Positions 29,280 through 39,557 of a stretch of 64,000 nt of DNA are shown one piece after another (position 1 is the stretch's first letter; each line of letters starts with the position of its first letter). Both the position numbers and the translations under genes were made by a program. A model generated the notes under the pieces. It did no database searches. It had not been told where the DNA came from and saw only the letters and a program-made list of their open reading frames with translations. This stretch comes from Pyrinomonadaceae bacterium (GTDB lineage Bacteria > Acidobacteriota > Blastocatellia > Pyrinomonadales > Pyrinomonadaceae). The stretch lies in assembly GCA_046313635.1 (NCBI GenBank), contig JBKBYA010000002.1, positions 160,001 through 224,000 on the forward strand, written 5' to 3'.

Positions 29280-31778
29280 ATGAAACTCGCTAACAGGGCG
29301 TACGGGGTTACGCTGCTTTTATTGACAATGGTTTTCGTGGCGTCCGCTCAAACGCCCACGGCTACGCCTAGAGCTTCGGGAACGACGACGGCGACCTATG
29401 ATAAGGACGCAAGGTCGGCGAACGATCCGAGAAACACGGCTCCGACGGTCGGCACCGGCGGTCCGGTCGGCGGCCCGACGGGCCTCTTCACGGTATACGA
29501 CGGTCAGACGCTCCGTCGCGGCGAATTCACTTTCAGCGCCGCGTGGAGCAATTTTGATCGCGATCCGGGAAATGCCGATTTCACGGAGATCCCGGTCAGC
29601 TTCCAGATCGGCGTAACCAACAATCTTGAGCTTTTCTTCAACACGGACGCGTATCGCGGTGTCAAGATAAACTCACCGCGAAACCTCTCGAGTTTCTACC
29701 TGCCGAACTCAAGGGTACAGATCAATGGGGTTTTCACGAGCGCTCCGGCGATCGTGCTCGCACCGGGTTCGAGCGGTATTTACTTTAACCAGGCTGTGTT
29801 TCGCCCGACCGGCACGGCGCCGTTCGTGCAGTATCCGTACATCGGCGGCAACGCCGGAACGTTCGGCCTGCAGCCGCCCTTCTTCTCGGGACCCACGTTC
29901 GGTTTCCCGGCTGGCACCAACGCCGTGTACGGAGTGCGGCCAGGCGGTGAGGGGGCAAGCAACTTCCCGGGTATCGGCTCGGTCTACGGCAGCATCCTGC
30001 CCGGCGTAGTGCTGCAGACCACCACGCTTTTGAATCGGCAGGGCAATCCGGCTGGCGAAGGGCCGCTGGTCTTTGCCTTGGCTCCGAGCTATCTTCCGGA
30101 CGCTCCGTTCATCAACCGTACGTGGGGTGAGTCGTCATTCAGCACCTTTACGGGCGGCCTGAAATGGAGATTTACCAGCGTCAATAATCCGGTCGGCGTA
30201 GGTGTCATCGCCTATTACAAATGGTACGCCGACAGCGCGGACGATTTTGGCGGCTTTAATCAGCTCCAGCGTGGGGCCAGTCCGGGCGGCAACGGCAACT
30301 GGGCACGCGGCGACATCGGCGTCGTGGGCTTTGCTGACGCTCGTCTCCGTAAGTGGCTCAACCTCTCGGCAAATATTGGCTACAACTACACGTCGAGCGT
30401 GAAGAGCGATGCTTTTGGAACGGACGTGACGCTGCTCGACCGTCCTGACGAAGTGATGGCTGCGATCGGTGTCGACTTTCCGGTCAACAAGTACTTCCAG
30501 CCGATCGCGGAGTTTCGCACCCTCCAGTACGTCGGCGGTCGTACGCCGAATGCGTTTGAGAACCATCCGATCGACGGTTTGGTCGGAGCCCGTATATACC
30601 CGGCCCGCTGGTTCAGTATCGGAGCTGCGTATCGCCATCACTTTAACCAGCAGGATCGCGACAGCTTTGACAAGGACGACAGGTTCACCACGAGTGTACT
30701 CGTGAACTGCGTGCCTCCGGGACAGGGATGCGCTCCGGCGACGATCTCGCAGTCGTTCCAAGGCATGCCTCCGGGATTTGCTCCGTCGTCCGATCCGCAC
30801 GGCTTCATCTTTCAGTTGACGGCAGGCCGCCGCAACAAGCGCCAGGCCGAGATCGTCAATCAGCCGGCGAACGTCGATTCGGTAACGCTCAGCGATACCA
30901 CGATCGATCTCGGTTGTCCCGATGGTTTCCGTTCGGCGTCCGGCAGCTGCAACGACAGCACCTCGATCACGGTAACGACCAGCGCGTCTGACCCGGAGAA
31001 CGATTCGCTGATCTACAGCTACAGCGTTTCGGGCGGCCGCATCGTCGGTGAGGGACGTTCGGTTTCATGGGATCTGAGTGGAGTGCGGCCGGGAACCTAC
31101 ACGATCACGGCGGGCGTTGATGACGGCTGCGGCGTCTGCGGCAAGACACAGACCCAAACCGTCACCGTCCGCGAGTGTCCGGATTGCGTCCGTGTCTGCT
31201 CGTGCCCGAGCCTGTCGGTTACCGAGCCTTCGGGAATCACGCAGCCGGGTGAGACGATGACCTTCACGGCCAACGTCAGCGGGGGCACGCAGGATAACCT
31301 GACCTACAACTGGACCGTCTCGAACGGTACCATCGAATCGGGTCAGGGCACTTCGGCGATCACTGTCAGGACAACACGTGAGATGGCCGGCAGCAATGTG
31401 ACGGCTACCGTCACCCTCGGCGGCACGGACCCGAACTGCAACTGCACCGGTCTGTCAGCTTCGGGCACCGGTCCGGTTGCCGATCTTCCGAAGGCTGAGC
31501 TGGTAAACGAATTCGGCAAGATGTCGAACGACGAGATCCGCGGTCAGCTGGATATCTTCTTCCAGCAGCTGCAGTCTAATCCGAACGCACAGGGTTACGT
31601 TATCAACTACGGCTCGGATCGCGAGATCGCGGCCCGCGAGAAGCTGATCCGCAACCATATCGCGTTTCGTAAGTTCGACGCGGCACGCATCACGCTGGTA
31701 CGCGGCGGCGACACGGGCGAGGGCGTCAAGACCAAGCTCTATCTCGTGCCTCCGGGTGCCGAGAATCCGAATCCGTAA
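29280..31778 (+). CDS. putative outer-membrane protein: beta-barrel-like N-terminus, two Cys-rich PKD/Ig-like domains, OmpA-like C-terminus
   Basis: GGAGG RBS, signal ASA-Q, alternating aromatic strands, SDPENDSLIYSYSVSGG and LTYNWTVSNG, and FRKFDAARITLVRGG. Confidence 0.72.
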   Translation: MKLANRAYGVTLLLLTMVFVASAQTPTATPRASGTTTATYDKDARSANDPRNTAPTVGTGGPVGGPTGLFTVYDGQTLRRGEFTFSAAWSNFDRDPGNADFTEIPVSFQIGVTNNLELFFNTDAYRGVKINSPRNLSSFYLPNSRVQINGVFTSAPAIVLAPGSSGIYFNQAVFRPTGTAPFVQYPYIGGNAGTFGLQPPFFSGPTFGFPAGTNAVYGVRPGGEGASNFPGIGSVYGSILPGVVLQTTTLLNRQGNPAGEGPLVFALAPSYLPDAPFINRTWGESSFSTFTGGLKWRFTSVNNPVGVGVIAYYKWYADSADDFGGFNQLQRGASPGGNGNWARGDIGVVGFADARLRKWLNLSANIGYNYTSSVKSDAFGTDVTLLDRPDEVMAAIGVDFPVNKYFQPIAEFRTLQYVGGRTPNAFENHPIDGLVGARIYPARWFSIGAAYRHHFNQQDRDSFDKDDRFTTSVLVNCVPPGQGCAPATISQSFQGMPPGFAPSSDPHGFIFQLTAGRRNKRQAEIVNQPANVDSVTLSDTTIDLGCPDGFRSASGSCNDSTSITVTTSASDPENDSLIYSYSVSGGRIVGEGRSVSWDLSGVRPGTYTITAGVDDGCGVCGKTQTQTVTVRECPDCVRVCSCPSLSVTEPSGITQPGETMTFTANVSGGTQDNLTYNWTVSNGTIESGQGTSAITVRTTREMAGSNVTATVTLGGTDPNCNCTGLSASGTGPVADLPKAELVNEFGKMSNDEIRGQLDIFFQQLQSNPNAQGYVINYGSDREIAAREKLIRNHIAFRKFDAARITLVRGGDTGEGVKTKLYLVPPGAENPNP

Positions 31779-31819
31779 TAAACCTTGCTTCGTGCCTCGA
31801 CCGAGGTACATCGATAACG

Positions 31820-31854
31820 ACGAAAGCGGCCGGCATCGGCCGCTTTCGTTTTTT
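31820..31854 (+). terminator. intrinsic terminator
   Basis: ACGAAAGCGGCCG / CGGCCGCTTTCGT followed by a T run. Confidence 0.8.
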
Positions 31855-32064
31855 GCTGCAGCACGAGATTCTGCTTTGAGCCGCGTTGGAACTTGTGTAG
31901 AATCTTCTCGCTCGAGTGTTGGTCCCGGCGGGCACACCTATCTCCTCGACATCTTACTTTTGGATCGTCTTTGGATGTGCAAACATCTGTTTTGATCGGT
32001 CATCTCAATTTTGGGGTCGACGCGATCACCGTCACCGTTTATCCGTTTATCGCTCTTGAATCGT

Positions 32065-34254
32065 ATGCGTTATATTCCGAGACCTCTTATCGCTCTGCTG
32101 CTGATCGCCGTTCTTTTTGGTTCGCTGCCCGCGGTCGCGGCCCTCGACGACAATGTCAACGTTTTTTCCGATCCCGACAGATTCAGTCAGTGGACCGTCG
32201 TCGGGCCGAATGGAGGCGACGTTCGGGTGGTGGCCGTCGACCCGCGCGACAAGAACAAGCTGTATCTCACGACCCTCGACGGCCAGATCCACACGTCGGA
32301 CGACGCCGGCAAGACATGGCGTCTGCTTGCGAGCCTTAACGAGCCTTCGCTTGTTCTCGACCAGTTCTTTGTCGACAGCCGTGATTCGAAGGTGATCTAC
32401 GCATCGGGGCATCGAGGCTTGCTGGCCGGCGGTTTCTTTAAGTCGACCGACGGCGGCGTCACCTGGAAAAAGTCCAAAGAGCTTGCTGGCGAGGCGATAC
32501 ATGCGATGACCCAGTCGACCGTCGATCCAAACGTCCTATTCGTCGGGACGATGCGCGGCGTATTCATCTCTAAGGATTCGGGCGACGATTGGGAAAAGAT
32601 CGACAGTCCGACGATGCCGATGAATATCAACTCCATGGCCGTCGACCCGCGAAACAACAATACGATCTACGCCGGTACCAATTGGCGGCCGTACAAGTCG
32701 ACCGACGGGGGCAGGTCGTGGCGTCTGGTCAAGGACGGCATGATCGACGACTCTGATGTCTTCGCGATCAATATCGATCCGCGAAACGCCGAGCACATCA
32801 TCGCCTCGGCTTGCAGCGGCATTTACGAGTCGTTCAACGGCGGCGAACGCTGGGCAAAGATCCAGGGCATCCCGGCACAGTCGCGCCGCACCCGCGACAT
32901 CGTGCAGCACCCTAGCAAGGCCGGCACGGTCTACGCTGCGACCACCGAGGGTTTTTGGATGTCGACCAACTCAGGCAAGTCGTGGATCCTGACGACGCAC
33001 CGCAACCTTGAGATCAACTCGATCGCCGTCCATCCGGATGAGCCGAACCGCGTCTTTATCGGGACCAACAACTTCGGCGTGATGGTGTCGAATGACGGCG
33101 GCAAGACTTTTTCGCAGACAAACCAGAGCTTCACGAGCCGCTTTACATACTCGGTGACGCCCGACCTCACACAGCCGAATCGTCTCTATGCACTGACGCA
33201 GAATACGGCATCGAGCGGCGGCTTCTTCTTTTACAGTTCGGACGGCGGCACGTCGTGGCAGCAGACCAGGTCGCTCGATATCAATCGCGTCTCGCCGATG
33301 GCCTTCCTGCAGGACCGCGTCAATCCTGACCGGCTGTACCTCGGCACGAATGTCGGCATCTACCGTTCTCTGGATCGGGGCGTGACGTGGACGCTCCTGG
33401 CGCCGCCAAAGCCGCCCGCCAAGAAAGCGCCGGCAAAAAAGGCCGCCGCCTCGTCGGCCAAGAACAAGGGCCCGGCGTCTGCCGTCGCGGCAAAGACCGC
33501 GAAGCCAAAGCCGGCCGCCGAACCTACGCCCGATCCTAACCACGTTCCGGCGCTGACCGACAAGGTTCGCGTGCTTGCCTTTACAGAGGACGGCCGCAAC
33601 GGGCTGATCGCCGGCACCGACAAAGGGCTCTACCGTACCTACGATATCGATAAGGGATGGGACCGCATCCCGTTTGGCGAGGGCATCGACTCGAGCGTCT
33701 TCGCCGTTCAATCCTCTCCGCTCGTTCCGGCGACGATCTGGGTGGGCACCGCGACGTCAGGTGTGATCGTTACGACCGACGACGGCAAGACCTGGTCAAA
33801 GGTGGGCGGCATTCCGTCAAACATCCCGATCAGCTCGATCGCCGTCGACCCGAAGCGGCCCAATTACATTTACGTCGGCAGCATCCAGTCGTTCTATCTC
33901 AGCCGCGACGGCGGACGAACGTGGCTTCGCCGCGGCGGCAATCTGCCGCTGGGCAATTACACGAGCATCCTTATCAATCCGACGAATACCGACGAGATGC
34001 TCGTATCGAGTTCGCTCGAGTCGGACGGCGGGATCTACTTTTCTGAGGACGCCGGAATGAAGTGGAAGCGTGTCGACACAAAAAAGATGACCGTGCCCAG
34101 CCGGCGCGTCTGGTCGATGGCTTTCGACCCGTCGGATCCGAGCCGCATCTATGCCGGCTCTCATTCGTCAGGCGTTTACCGCATCGATCTGAGATCGACC
34201 GAGGCCAAAAAGCGTGACAGTGCCGCGGACGTCGGCCGCAACGACGGCAACTGA
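32065..34254 (+). CDS. secreted Asp-box (BNR/VPS10/Ycf48-like) beta-propeller protein
   Basis: More than ten S-x-D-x-G-x-x-W Asp boxes; signal peptide. Confidence 0.88.
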   Translation: MRYIPRPLIALLLIAVLFGSLPAVAALDDNVNVFSDPDRFSQWTVVGPNGGDVRVVAVDPRDKNKLYLTTLDGQIHTSDDAGKTWRLLASLNEPSLVLDQFFVDSRDSKVIYASGHRGLLAGGFFKSTDGGVTWKKSKELAGEAIHAMTQSTVDPNVLFVGTMRGVFISKDSGDDWEKIDSPTMPMNINSMAVDPRNNNTIYAGTNWRPYKSTDGGRSWRLVKDGMIDDSDVFAINIDPRNAEHIIASACSGIYESFNGGERWAKIQGIPAQSRRTRDIVQHPSKAGTVYAATTEGFWMSTNSGKSWILTTHRNLEINSIAVHPDEPNRVFIGTNNFGVMVSNDGGKTFSQTNQSFTSRFTYSVTPDLTQPNRLYALTQNTASSGGFFFYSSDGGTSWQQTRSLDINRVSPMAFLQDRVNPDRLYLGTNVGIYRSLDRGVTWTLLAPPKPPAKKAPAKKAAASSAKNKGPASAVAAKTAKPKPAAEPTPDPNHVPALTDKVRVLAFTEDGRNGLIAGTDKGLYRTYDIDKGWDRIPFGEGIDSSVFAVQSSPLVPATIWVGTATSGVIVTTDDGKTWSKVGGIPSNIPISSIAVDPKRPNYIYVGSIQSFYLSRDGGRTWLRRGGNLPLGNYTSILINPTNTDEMLVSSSLESDGGIYFSEDAGMKWKRVDTKKMTVPSRRVWSMAFDPSDPSRIYAGSHSSGVYRIDLRSTEAKKRDSAADVGRNDGN

Positions 34255-34275
34255 ACGCCCGGCCGCACCTGCGAT

Positions 34276-34312
34276 AAAAAGGACGGACCGCTCTGGTCAC
34301 GTCCTTTTTTTT
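34276..34312 (+). terminator. intrinsic terminator
   Basis: AAAAAGGACG / CGTCCTTTTTTT. Confidence 0.75.
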
Positions 34313-34369
34313 CGCGTTTGGAAGTTGTAGGCCGCAAACCTATAATCTGTTAGTTCGGAGTTCAAAAGA

Positions 34370-36052
34370 GTGAAAGGCGAGATCCCCTGTCCAAGCACCC
34401 ACGGAACCGTGATCCTTCGTGCGGACGGCATCCCGTTCGGCTCGATACCGGGGCAGTCGAAGTTGTTTGTCGATTACCAGAATGACCCCGTTTCACTCCG
34501 CAAGTATTACCCGACCGCCGTCGCCTCGCACACCGAGATCGCGGAACGCATCCCGGAGGTTCTAGACCGCTATACGACCGACCGGGAAAAACTGTGCGAC
34601 GCTCTCGCCGATATGAATCGCCGGCTTGGCGCCGGTGAAAAGACCCTCGAGAATATCGAGATCCTTCGCCGCTCCGATGCGGTCGCCGTCGTCACCGGCC
34701 AGCAGGCCGGCCTTTTTACAGGTCCGCTCTACACGATCTACAAAGCGCTCTCGGCGATCAAAGCTGCCGAATGCCTGCGCGGTCGGGGCTTTAATGCGGT
34801 GCCGGTTTTTTGGGTGGCGACCGAGGATCACGATTTCGAAGAGATCTCAAAGACCTTTGTCATCGACCGAGCGGGAGAGCTCGCCGCGATCGCAATCGAG
34901 CCCGAGCGATGTCGTGAAAATCTTCCGATCGGCTATATCAAGCTCGGCGATCAGATCCGGGCCACCGTCGACGAGTTGTTTGACGATCTGCTGCCGACGG
35001 AATTCACGCCCGAGGTGCAAAAGCTGTTTGCCGATGCGTGGCGGCCGGGCGAATACCTGGGCGACGCCTTTGGCCGCGTCCTCGCGCATCTGACCGAAAA
35101 GTACGGGCTGATATCGCTGTGCCCGCTCAATCGCGAGCTCAAACGGCTCGCCTCGCCGATCTATGTCGAGGCGATCAAGCGATCGCGTGAGATCGTCGAC
35201 GCACTGTTGGCTCGCACCGAAGCGATCGTCGCCGACGGCTACGCCGCGCAGGTGCACATCGCCGACGATTACTTTCCGCTCTTCTGGCAGGGCGATGACC
35301 ACGCCCGAAACGCGCTTCGCCGCACCGAGGACGGCAAGGTGCGATCAAAGGACGGTCTTCACGAGTTCACGGTCGAGGAGCTCATCCAGAGCGCGGCGGA
35401 CGAGCCGTGGCGATTCAGCCCCGGGGTCGTGCTGCGGTCTGTCGTGCAGGATCATATCCTGCCGACCGTCTGTTATTTCGGCGGTGCGGCCGAGATCGCG
35501 TACTTTGCGCAGAGCGGCGAGGTCTACCGCGTACTCGGACGGCCCGTGACGCCGATCTTCCATCGACAGAGCTTTACGCTCGTCGAGTCAAAGCACGCCA
35601 AGATGCTCGAGCGATACGACCTTGACCTGCTCGACCTTTTTAAGGGAATGGACCACATCGTTCCATCGGTCGTCGAGGAACATCTGAACAGCGGTCTTGC
35701 GCGCACGTTTGCCGAGGTCGAGGAGCAGATCAACATCCAGCTCAACCGCCTCGACCGCGAGCTCGCCGAATTTGACCCGACGCTTGCCGACAATCTTGCA
35801 AGGCGGCGGCGAAAGATCATCTACCACATCGCCGCGCTGAGACATAAGTTTCACAATGCCCAGCTGCGAAAGGATTCGGTGATCCGGCACCAGCTCGAAG
35901 GGCTCTTTGCCTCGCTGCTCCCCGACCGCCACCTGCAGGAGCGGTCGCTGAACGTCTCGTACTTCGTTAACCGGTACGGCCCGCAATTCATCGACTGGAT
36001 ATACTCGGCGGTCGATCTCGACGACAAGGACCACCGACTCATCTACCTCTGA
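34370..36052 (+). CDS. bshC: bacillithiol biosynthesis cysteine-adding enzyme
   Basis: VVTGQQAGLFTGPLYTIYKAL, PVFWVATEDHDFEEI, GGAAEIAYFAQ, LQER. Confidence 0.92.
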   Translation: MKGEIPCPSTHGTVILRADGIPFGSIPGQSKLFVDYQNDPVSLRKYYPTAVASHTEIAERIPEVLDRYTTDREKLCDALADMNRRLGAGEKTLENIEILRRSDAVAVVTGQQAGLFTGPLYTIYKALSAIKAAECLRGRGFNAVPVFWVATEDHDFEEISKTFVIDRAGELAAIAIEPERCRENLPIGYIKLGDQIRATVDELFDDLLPTEFTPEVQKLFADAWRPGEYLGDAFGRVLAHLTEKYGLISLCPLNRELKRLASPIYVEAIKRSREIVDALLARTEAIVADGYAAQVHIADDYFPLFWQGDDHARNALRRTEDGKVRSKDGLHEFTVEELIQSAADEPWRFSPGVVLRSVVQDHILPTVCYFGGAAEIAYFAQSGEVYRVLGRPVTPIFHRQSFTLVESKHAKMLERYDLDLLDLFKGMDHIVPSVVEEHLNSGLARTFAEVEEQINIQLNRLDRELAEFDPTLADNLARRRRKIIYHIAALRHKFHNAQLRKDSVIRHQLEGLFASLLPDRHLQERSLNVSYFVNRYGPQFIDWIYSAVDLDDKDHRLIYL

Positions 36053-36083
36053 CCGCCGCGGCGCTGCCGTTGACGCTGTAACG

Positions 36084-38066
36084 ATGCCGACCTCTCATTT
36101 GAATAAGATCCGCGTACTGCCGGAGACGCTCGCCAATCAGATCGCGGCCGGCGAGGTCGTCGAGCGGCCGGCTTCGGTCGTAAAGGAACTCGTCGAGAAC
36201 GCCATCGACGCCGGAGCGACCCGGCTGCAGGTCGACGTCGAGCTCGGCGGCCGGAGGCTGATCCGCGTCTCTGACGACGGTCACGGGATGACGCGTGACG
36301 ACGCCGTGCTCGCTTTTGAGCGTCACGCGACGTCAAAGATCGCGACGCTCGACGACCTTGGCCGCATCGTAACGCTCGGCTTTCGCGGCGAAGCCCTCGC
36401 GTCGATCGCGTCGGTCGCGCGCGTCGAGCTCAAGACAAAGACCGAGTTTGACGAGGCCGCGACATCCGTCTCGATCGAGGGCGGCCGGCTGGTAGATATC
36501 CGCGACGCGGCACGCGATACGGGGACGACCGTATCGGTGCGGGATCTATTCTTCAATACGCCGGCGCGCCGCAAGTTCATGCGTTCGGAGGCGACCGAGA
36601 ATTTTCATCTCGCCAACATCGTCACGCACTACGCGCTCGCGCACCCCGAGATAGCCTTTGCTCTCACCAGCAACGGGCGGGAGGTGATCCGAGTCTCGCC
36701 GGCCCGCGACCTGCGCGAGCGGGCTTATCAGATCTTCGGCGGCCAGGTCATCGAGAGCCTGATCCCGGTGAGCGGCGGGCGCGAGCACGTTGCGACCTTG
36801 ACCGGATTTGTCTCGGCGCCGCGCGAGCGGCGTACGACGCGCGACTCGCAATACTTCTTTGTCAATCGACGCTTTGTCCGCGACAAGACGATCGCCGGCG
36901 GTCTGCTCGAGGGTTACCGGTCGATCCTGCCGCACGGCGTGTATCCGGTTGCCCTGCTGTTTGTCGACGTCCCGGTCGAGGAGATCGACGTCAACGTGCA
37001 TCCGGCAAAGATCGAGATCCGGTTTCGCCGGACCGATGCGGTCAGGGACGCGATCGCCGAGGCCGTGCGCGGAGCTCTCGCGGGAGCGGGCATCGTCGCC
37101 GAGCCCGCGCCGGTGCCGACGATCGAAGCCCCGGCTGCCGTCACGTCACCGGCACCTCAGCCCCCGATCGCGGCCATGCCGGCGCAGCCGCGGATCGATC
37201 TTTTCGGTCCGCCCGAGGCGTCGAACTACAGCCCGCCGCCGGTCGACGCGGCACCCGACATCTACGAGCCTCCGGCGGAGACGATCGCGGAGGACTCGTC
37301 GGCGTTCGAATTAGCGGCCTCGATGCGGGCCGCGCAGGCGGCTGCTTCGCACGAGACGGTTGTCGATCATGCGGCTCAGACGGCGAGCGGCGAAACGCGA
37401 ACGGCCGCCGCCTCCGGCCCGAGCGTGCTGCCGCCGGTCAATTCCGCGGCCGGCCTCGTTCGTGAGGTCGAGCCGAATGAACTCTCGCCGTCCGGCATCA
37501 GACCGATCGGGCAGCTTCACGAGAGTTTTATCATCGCGGTCGACGATCAGGGGCTGCTGCTGGTCGACCAGCATGTCGCGCACGAGCGTATCCTCTTTGA
37601 CCGCTTTCGCCACGCCGAGGGCTCTCGTCCCATCGAGTCGCAAAACCTGCTGCTCCCCGAGACCGTCGACCTCACGCCGGCGCAGCTTCTCGCCTTCGAC
37701 CTGATCGAGAACGACCTCGCCGACCTCGGCTTTGGCGTGATGCGCCTTTCGGGCAGAACGATCGCGATCAAGAGCATCCCGGCCGACCTCGCTGCCGGCG
37801 AAACGCGGACCTTGTTTGCCGAGATCCTGAATTCGGTAGAGCGTGACCGGCGCTCGAGCGCGCGGCAGACCATCCGTGACGACATCGCGGCGAGCCTCGC
37901 GTGCAAGGCGGCGGTCAAGATCAATATGAAGCTGACGCCCGAAAAGATGCAGTGGCTGATCGACCGGCTTCTGGTCTCGTCCTCGCCGACGACCTGCCCG
38001 CACGGCCGGCCGGTGATACTCCGCCTCACGATGCGTGACATCGAGCGCGGGTTTCACAGGACCTGA
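36084..38066 (+). CDS. mutL: DNA mismatch repair endonuclease
   Basis: NQIAAGEVVERPASVVKELVENAIDA, GFRGEAL, DQHVAHER, ACK, CPHGRP. Confidence 0.97.
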   Translation: MPTSHLNKIRVLPETLANQIAAGEVVERPASVVKELVENAIDAGATRLQVDVELGGRRLIRVSDDGHGMTRDDAVLAFERHATSKIATLDDLGRIVTLGFRGEALASIASVARVELKTKTEFDEAATSVSIEGGRLVDIRDAARDTGTTVSVRDLFFNTPARRKFMRSEATENFHLANIVTHYALAHPEIAFALTSNGREVIRVSPARDLRERAYQIFGGQVIESLIPVSGGREHVATLTGFVSAPRERRTTRDSQYFFVNRRFVRDKTIAGGLLEGYRSILPHGVYPVALLFVDVPVEEIDVNVHPAKIEIRFRRTDAVRDAIAEAVRGALAGAGIVAEPAPVPTIEAPAAVTSPAPQPPIAAMPAQPRIDLFGPPEASNYSPPPVDAAPDIYEPPAETIAEDSSAFELAASMRAAQAAASHETVVDHAAQTASGETRTAAASGPSVLPPVNSAAGLVREVEPNELSPSGIRPIGQLHESFIIAVDDQGLLLVDQHVAHERILFDRFRHAEGSRPIESQNLLLPETVDLTPAQLLAFDLIENDLADLGFGVMRLSGRTIAIKSIPADLAAGETRTLFAEILNSVERDRRSSARQTIRDDIAASLACKAAVKINMKLTPEKMQWLIDRLLVSSSPTTCPHGRPVILRLTMRDIERGFHRT

Positions 38067-38077
38067 ACCGGGCGGGC

Positions 38078-38133
38078 TTGCAATAATCGAGAATTCGGTT
38101 TATTAATTTGTTCGTCTAGAGTCGCAACAAAGT
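38078..38133 (+). promoter_or_regulatory. promoter and putative ROK operator (autoregulation)
   Basis: TTGCAA, 17 bp, TATTAA; then TTCGTCT-N7-CAACAAAGT (38111-38133) overlapping the predicted start site. Confidence 0.6.
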
Positions 38134-38168
38134 CGCTCGTTCAGAGTCGGCTCGAACCTCGGCGAACG

Positions 38169-39368
38169 ATGAAAAGGATCAATCTCCACAAAGCCAAAGC
38201 CCAGATCGCGCGTCCCAACACCATCCGCGACATCAATCGCCAGATCGTCCTCAATTACGTTCGCGACCGTTCTCCGATCTCGCGTGCGGATATTGCGAGA
38301 GAGTCCAATCTTCACCGCTCGACGGTCTCGGTCATCATCGAAGACTTGATGGCCGCGGGCTTTATCGACGAGCTTGGCGAGGGAGCCTCGACCGGCGGGC
38401 GCCGGCCGACGCTATATCAGCTCAAGACGGGCGTCCCGGTCGCCGCGGGCATCGACATCACGCCGCGCACGACGACGATCGCCGTTGCAGACCTTGCCGG
38501 CAATCTGCTCGAGCAGGAGTCCTTTGCCACGTCGCCGGACCTCGGTTTTATGACCGAGCAGATAATCAATCGAGCGGTCAGGCTCGCCGAAAAGTACCGC
38601 GAGCATCAACTCGAGATCGGGCTCACCGTTCCCGGCCTGGTCGACCAAAAGCTCGGACGGATCTCGCACATTCCGTACTTCGACTGGCGCGATTGGGATA
38701 TATGCAAACAGCTCGAAGATGCGACCGGCCTCACGGTCGTCGCCGAGAACGACGCGAATGCGACCGCCCTCGCCGAGTTGTGGTCGGGCGACGAAAAGGT
38801 CCGTAAAACTGACACTTTTGTAACGGTGCTGGTCGGCGAGGGGATTGGCACGGGCATTATTTTCGACGGTCAGGTGTACCGCGGCGAAAAGGGTTCGGGC
38901 GGGGAATTCGGCCATATGATCGCCGGCAGCTCGGGCCCGGTCGCATGCTCGTGCGGCAGCCGCGAATGCTGGGAAGCGTACGCCTCCGAAAAGGCGCTGC
39001 TCGCGCGCTACACGACGCTGCTGCGGCAGGACGACCTCAAGCCGAACGGCTTCTCGATCAACTCCGTGCTCGAGCTCGCCTCAAACGGCGAAAGGCGGGC
39101 CGTCGAGGCACTGCGCGAGACGGTGCACTATCTCGGCAACGGGATCTCGAACCTCATTGTCGGTCTCAGTCCGCAGGTCGTCGTTATCAGCGGGAATATC
39201 ACAAAGGCATGGCCGGTCTTTGCCGACGAGTTGAATCGCGTCGTACATCGCAGCCGCCTCGCGGGGCTGCCCGAGCCGCTGCTCATGCCGTCGTCGCTCG
39301 GCGAATTGCCGACGCTGGTCGGGGCGGTCTGTCTCGTCCTTTCGAGACGTTTTGGGTCGCTGCTTTAA
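38169..39368 (+). CDS. ROK-family transcriptional repressor (NagC/XylR-like)
   Basis: HTH ISRADIARESNLHRSTVS, GGRRP, ENDAN, GEFGH, CSCG..CWE. Confidence 0.93.
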   Translation: MKRINLHKAKAQIARPNTIRDINRQIVLNYVRDRSPISRADIARESNLHRSTVSVIIEDLMAAGFIDELGEGASTGGRRPTLYQLKTGVPVAAGIDITPRTTTIAVADLAGNLLEQESFATSPDLGFMTEQIINRAVRLAEKYREHQLEIGLTVPGLVDQKLGRISHIPYFDWRDWDICKQLEDATGLTVVAENDANATALAELWSGDEKVRKTDTFVTVLVGEGIGTGIIFDGQVYRGEKGSGGEFGHMIAGSSGPVACSCGSRECWEAYASEKALLARYTTLLRQDDLKPNGFSINSVLELASNGERRAVEALRETVHYLGNGISNLIVGLSPQVVVISGNITKAWPVFADELNRVVHRSRLAGLPEPLLMPSSLGELPTLVGAVCLVLSRRFGSLL

Positions 39369-39396
39369 GAGGCCGGCGGCCGCGGCACCAGATCTC

Positions 39397-39448
39397 TTGA
39401 CATAAATTCGGAGCTGTATTAAATCTTTGTCTGTATCTCCAACAAACT
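39397..39448 (+). promoter_or_regulatory. promoter and second putative ROK operator
   Basis: TTGACA followed by TATTAAAT, then TTTGTCT-N7-CAACAAACT (39426-39448), the same motif as before the ROK gene. Confidence 0.6.
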
Positions 39449-39557
39449 TTTTAGATCGTCTGCACAGTTTTGGAATCCCCTACGCGAGAGAGCACGATCC
39501 TCTCTGTGCGTAAAACAGGTTCGGGACACCGGAAACAGATTTCAGGAGAGTAAACGT

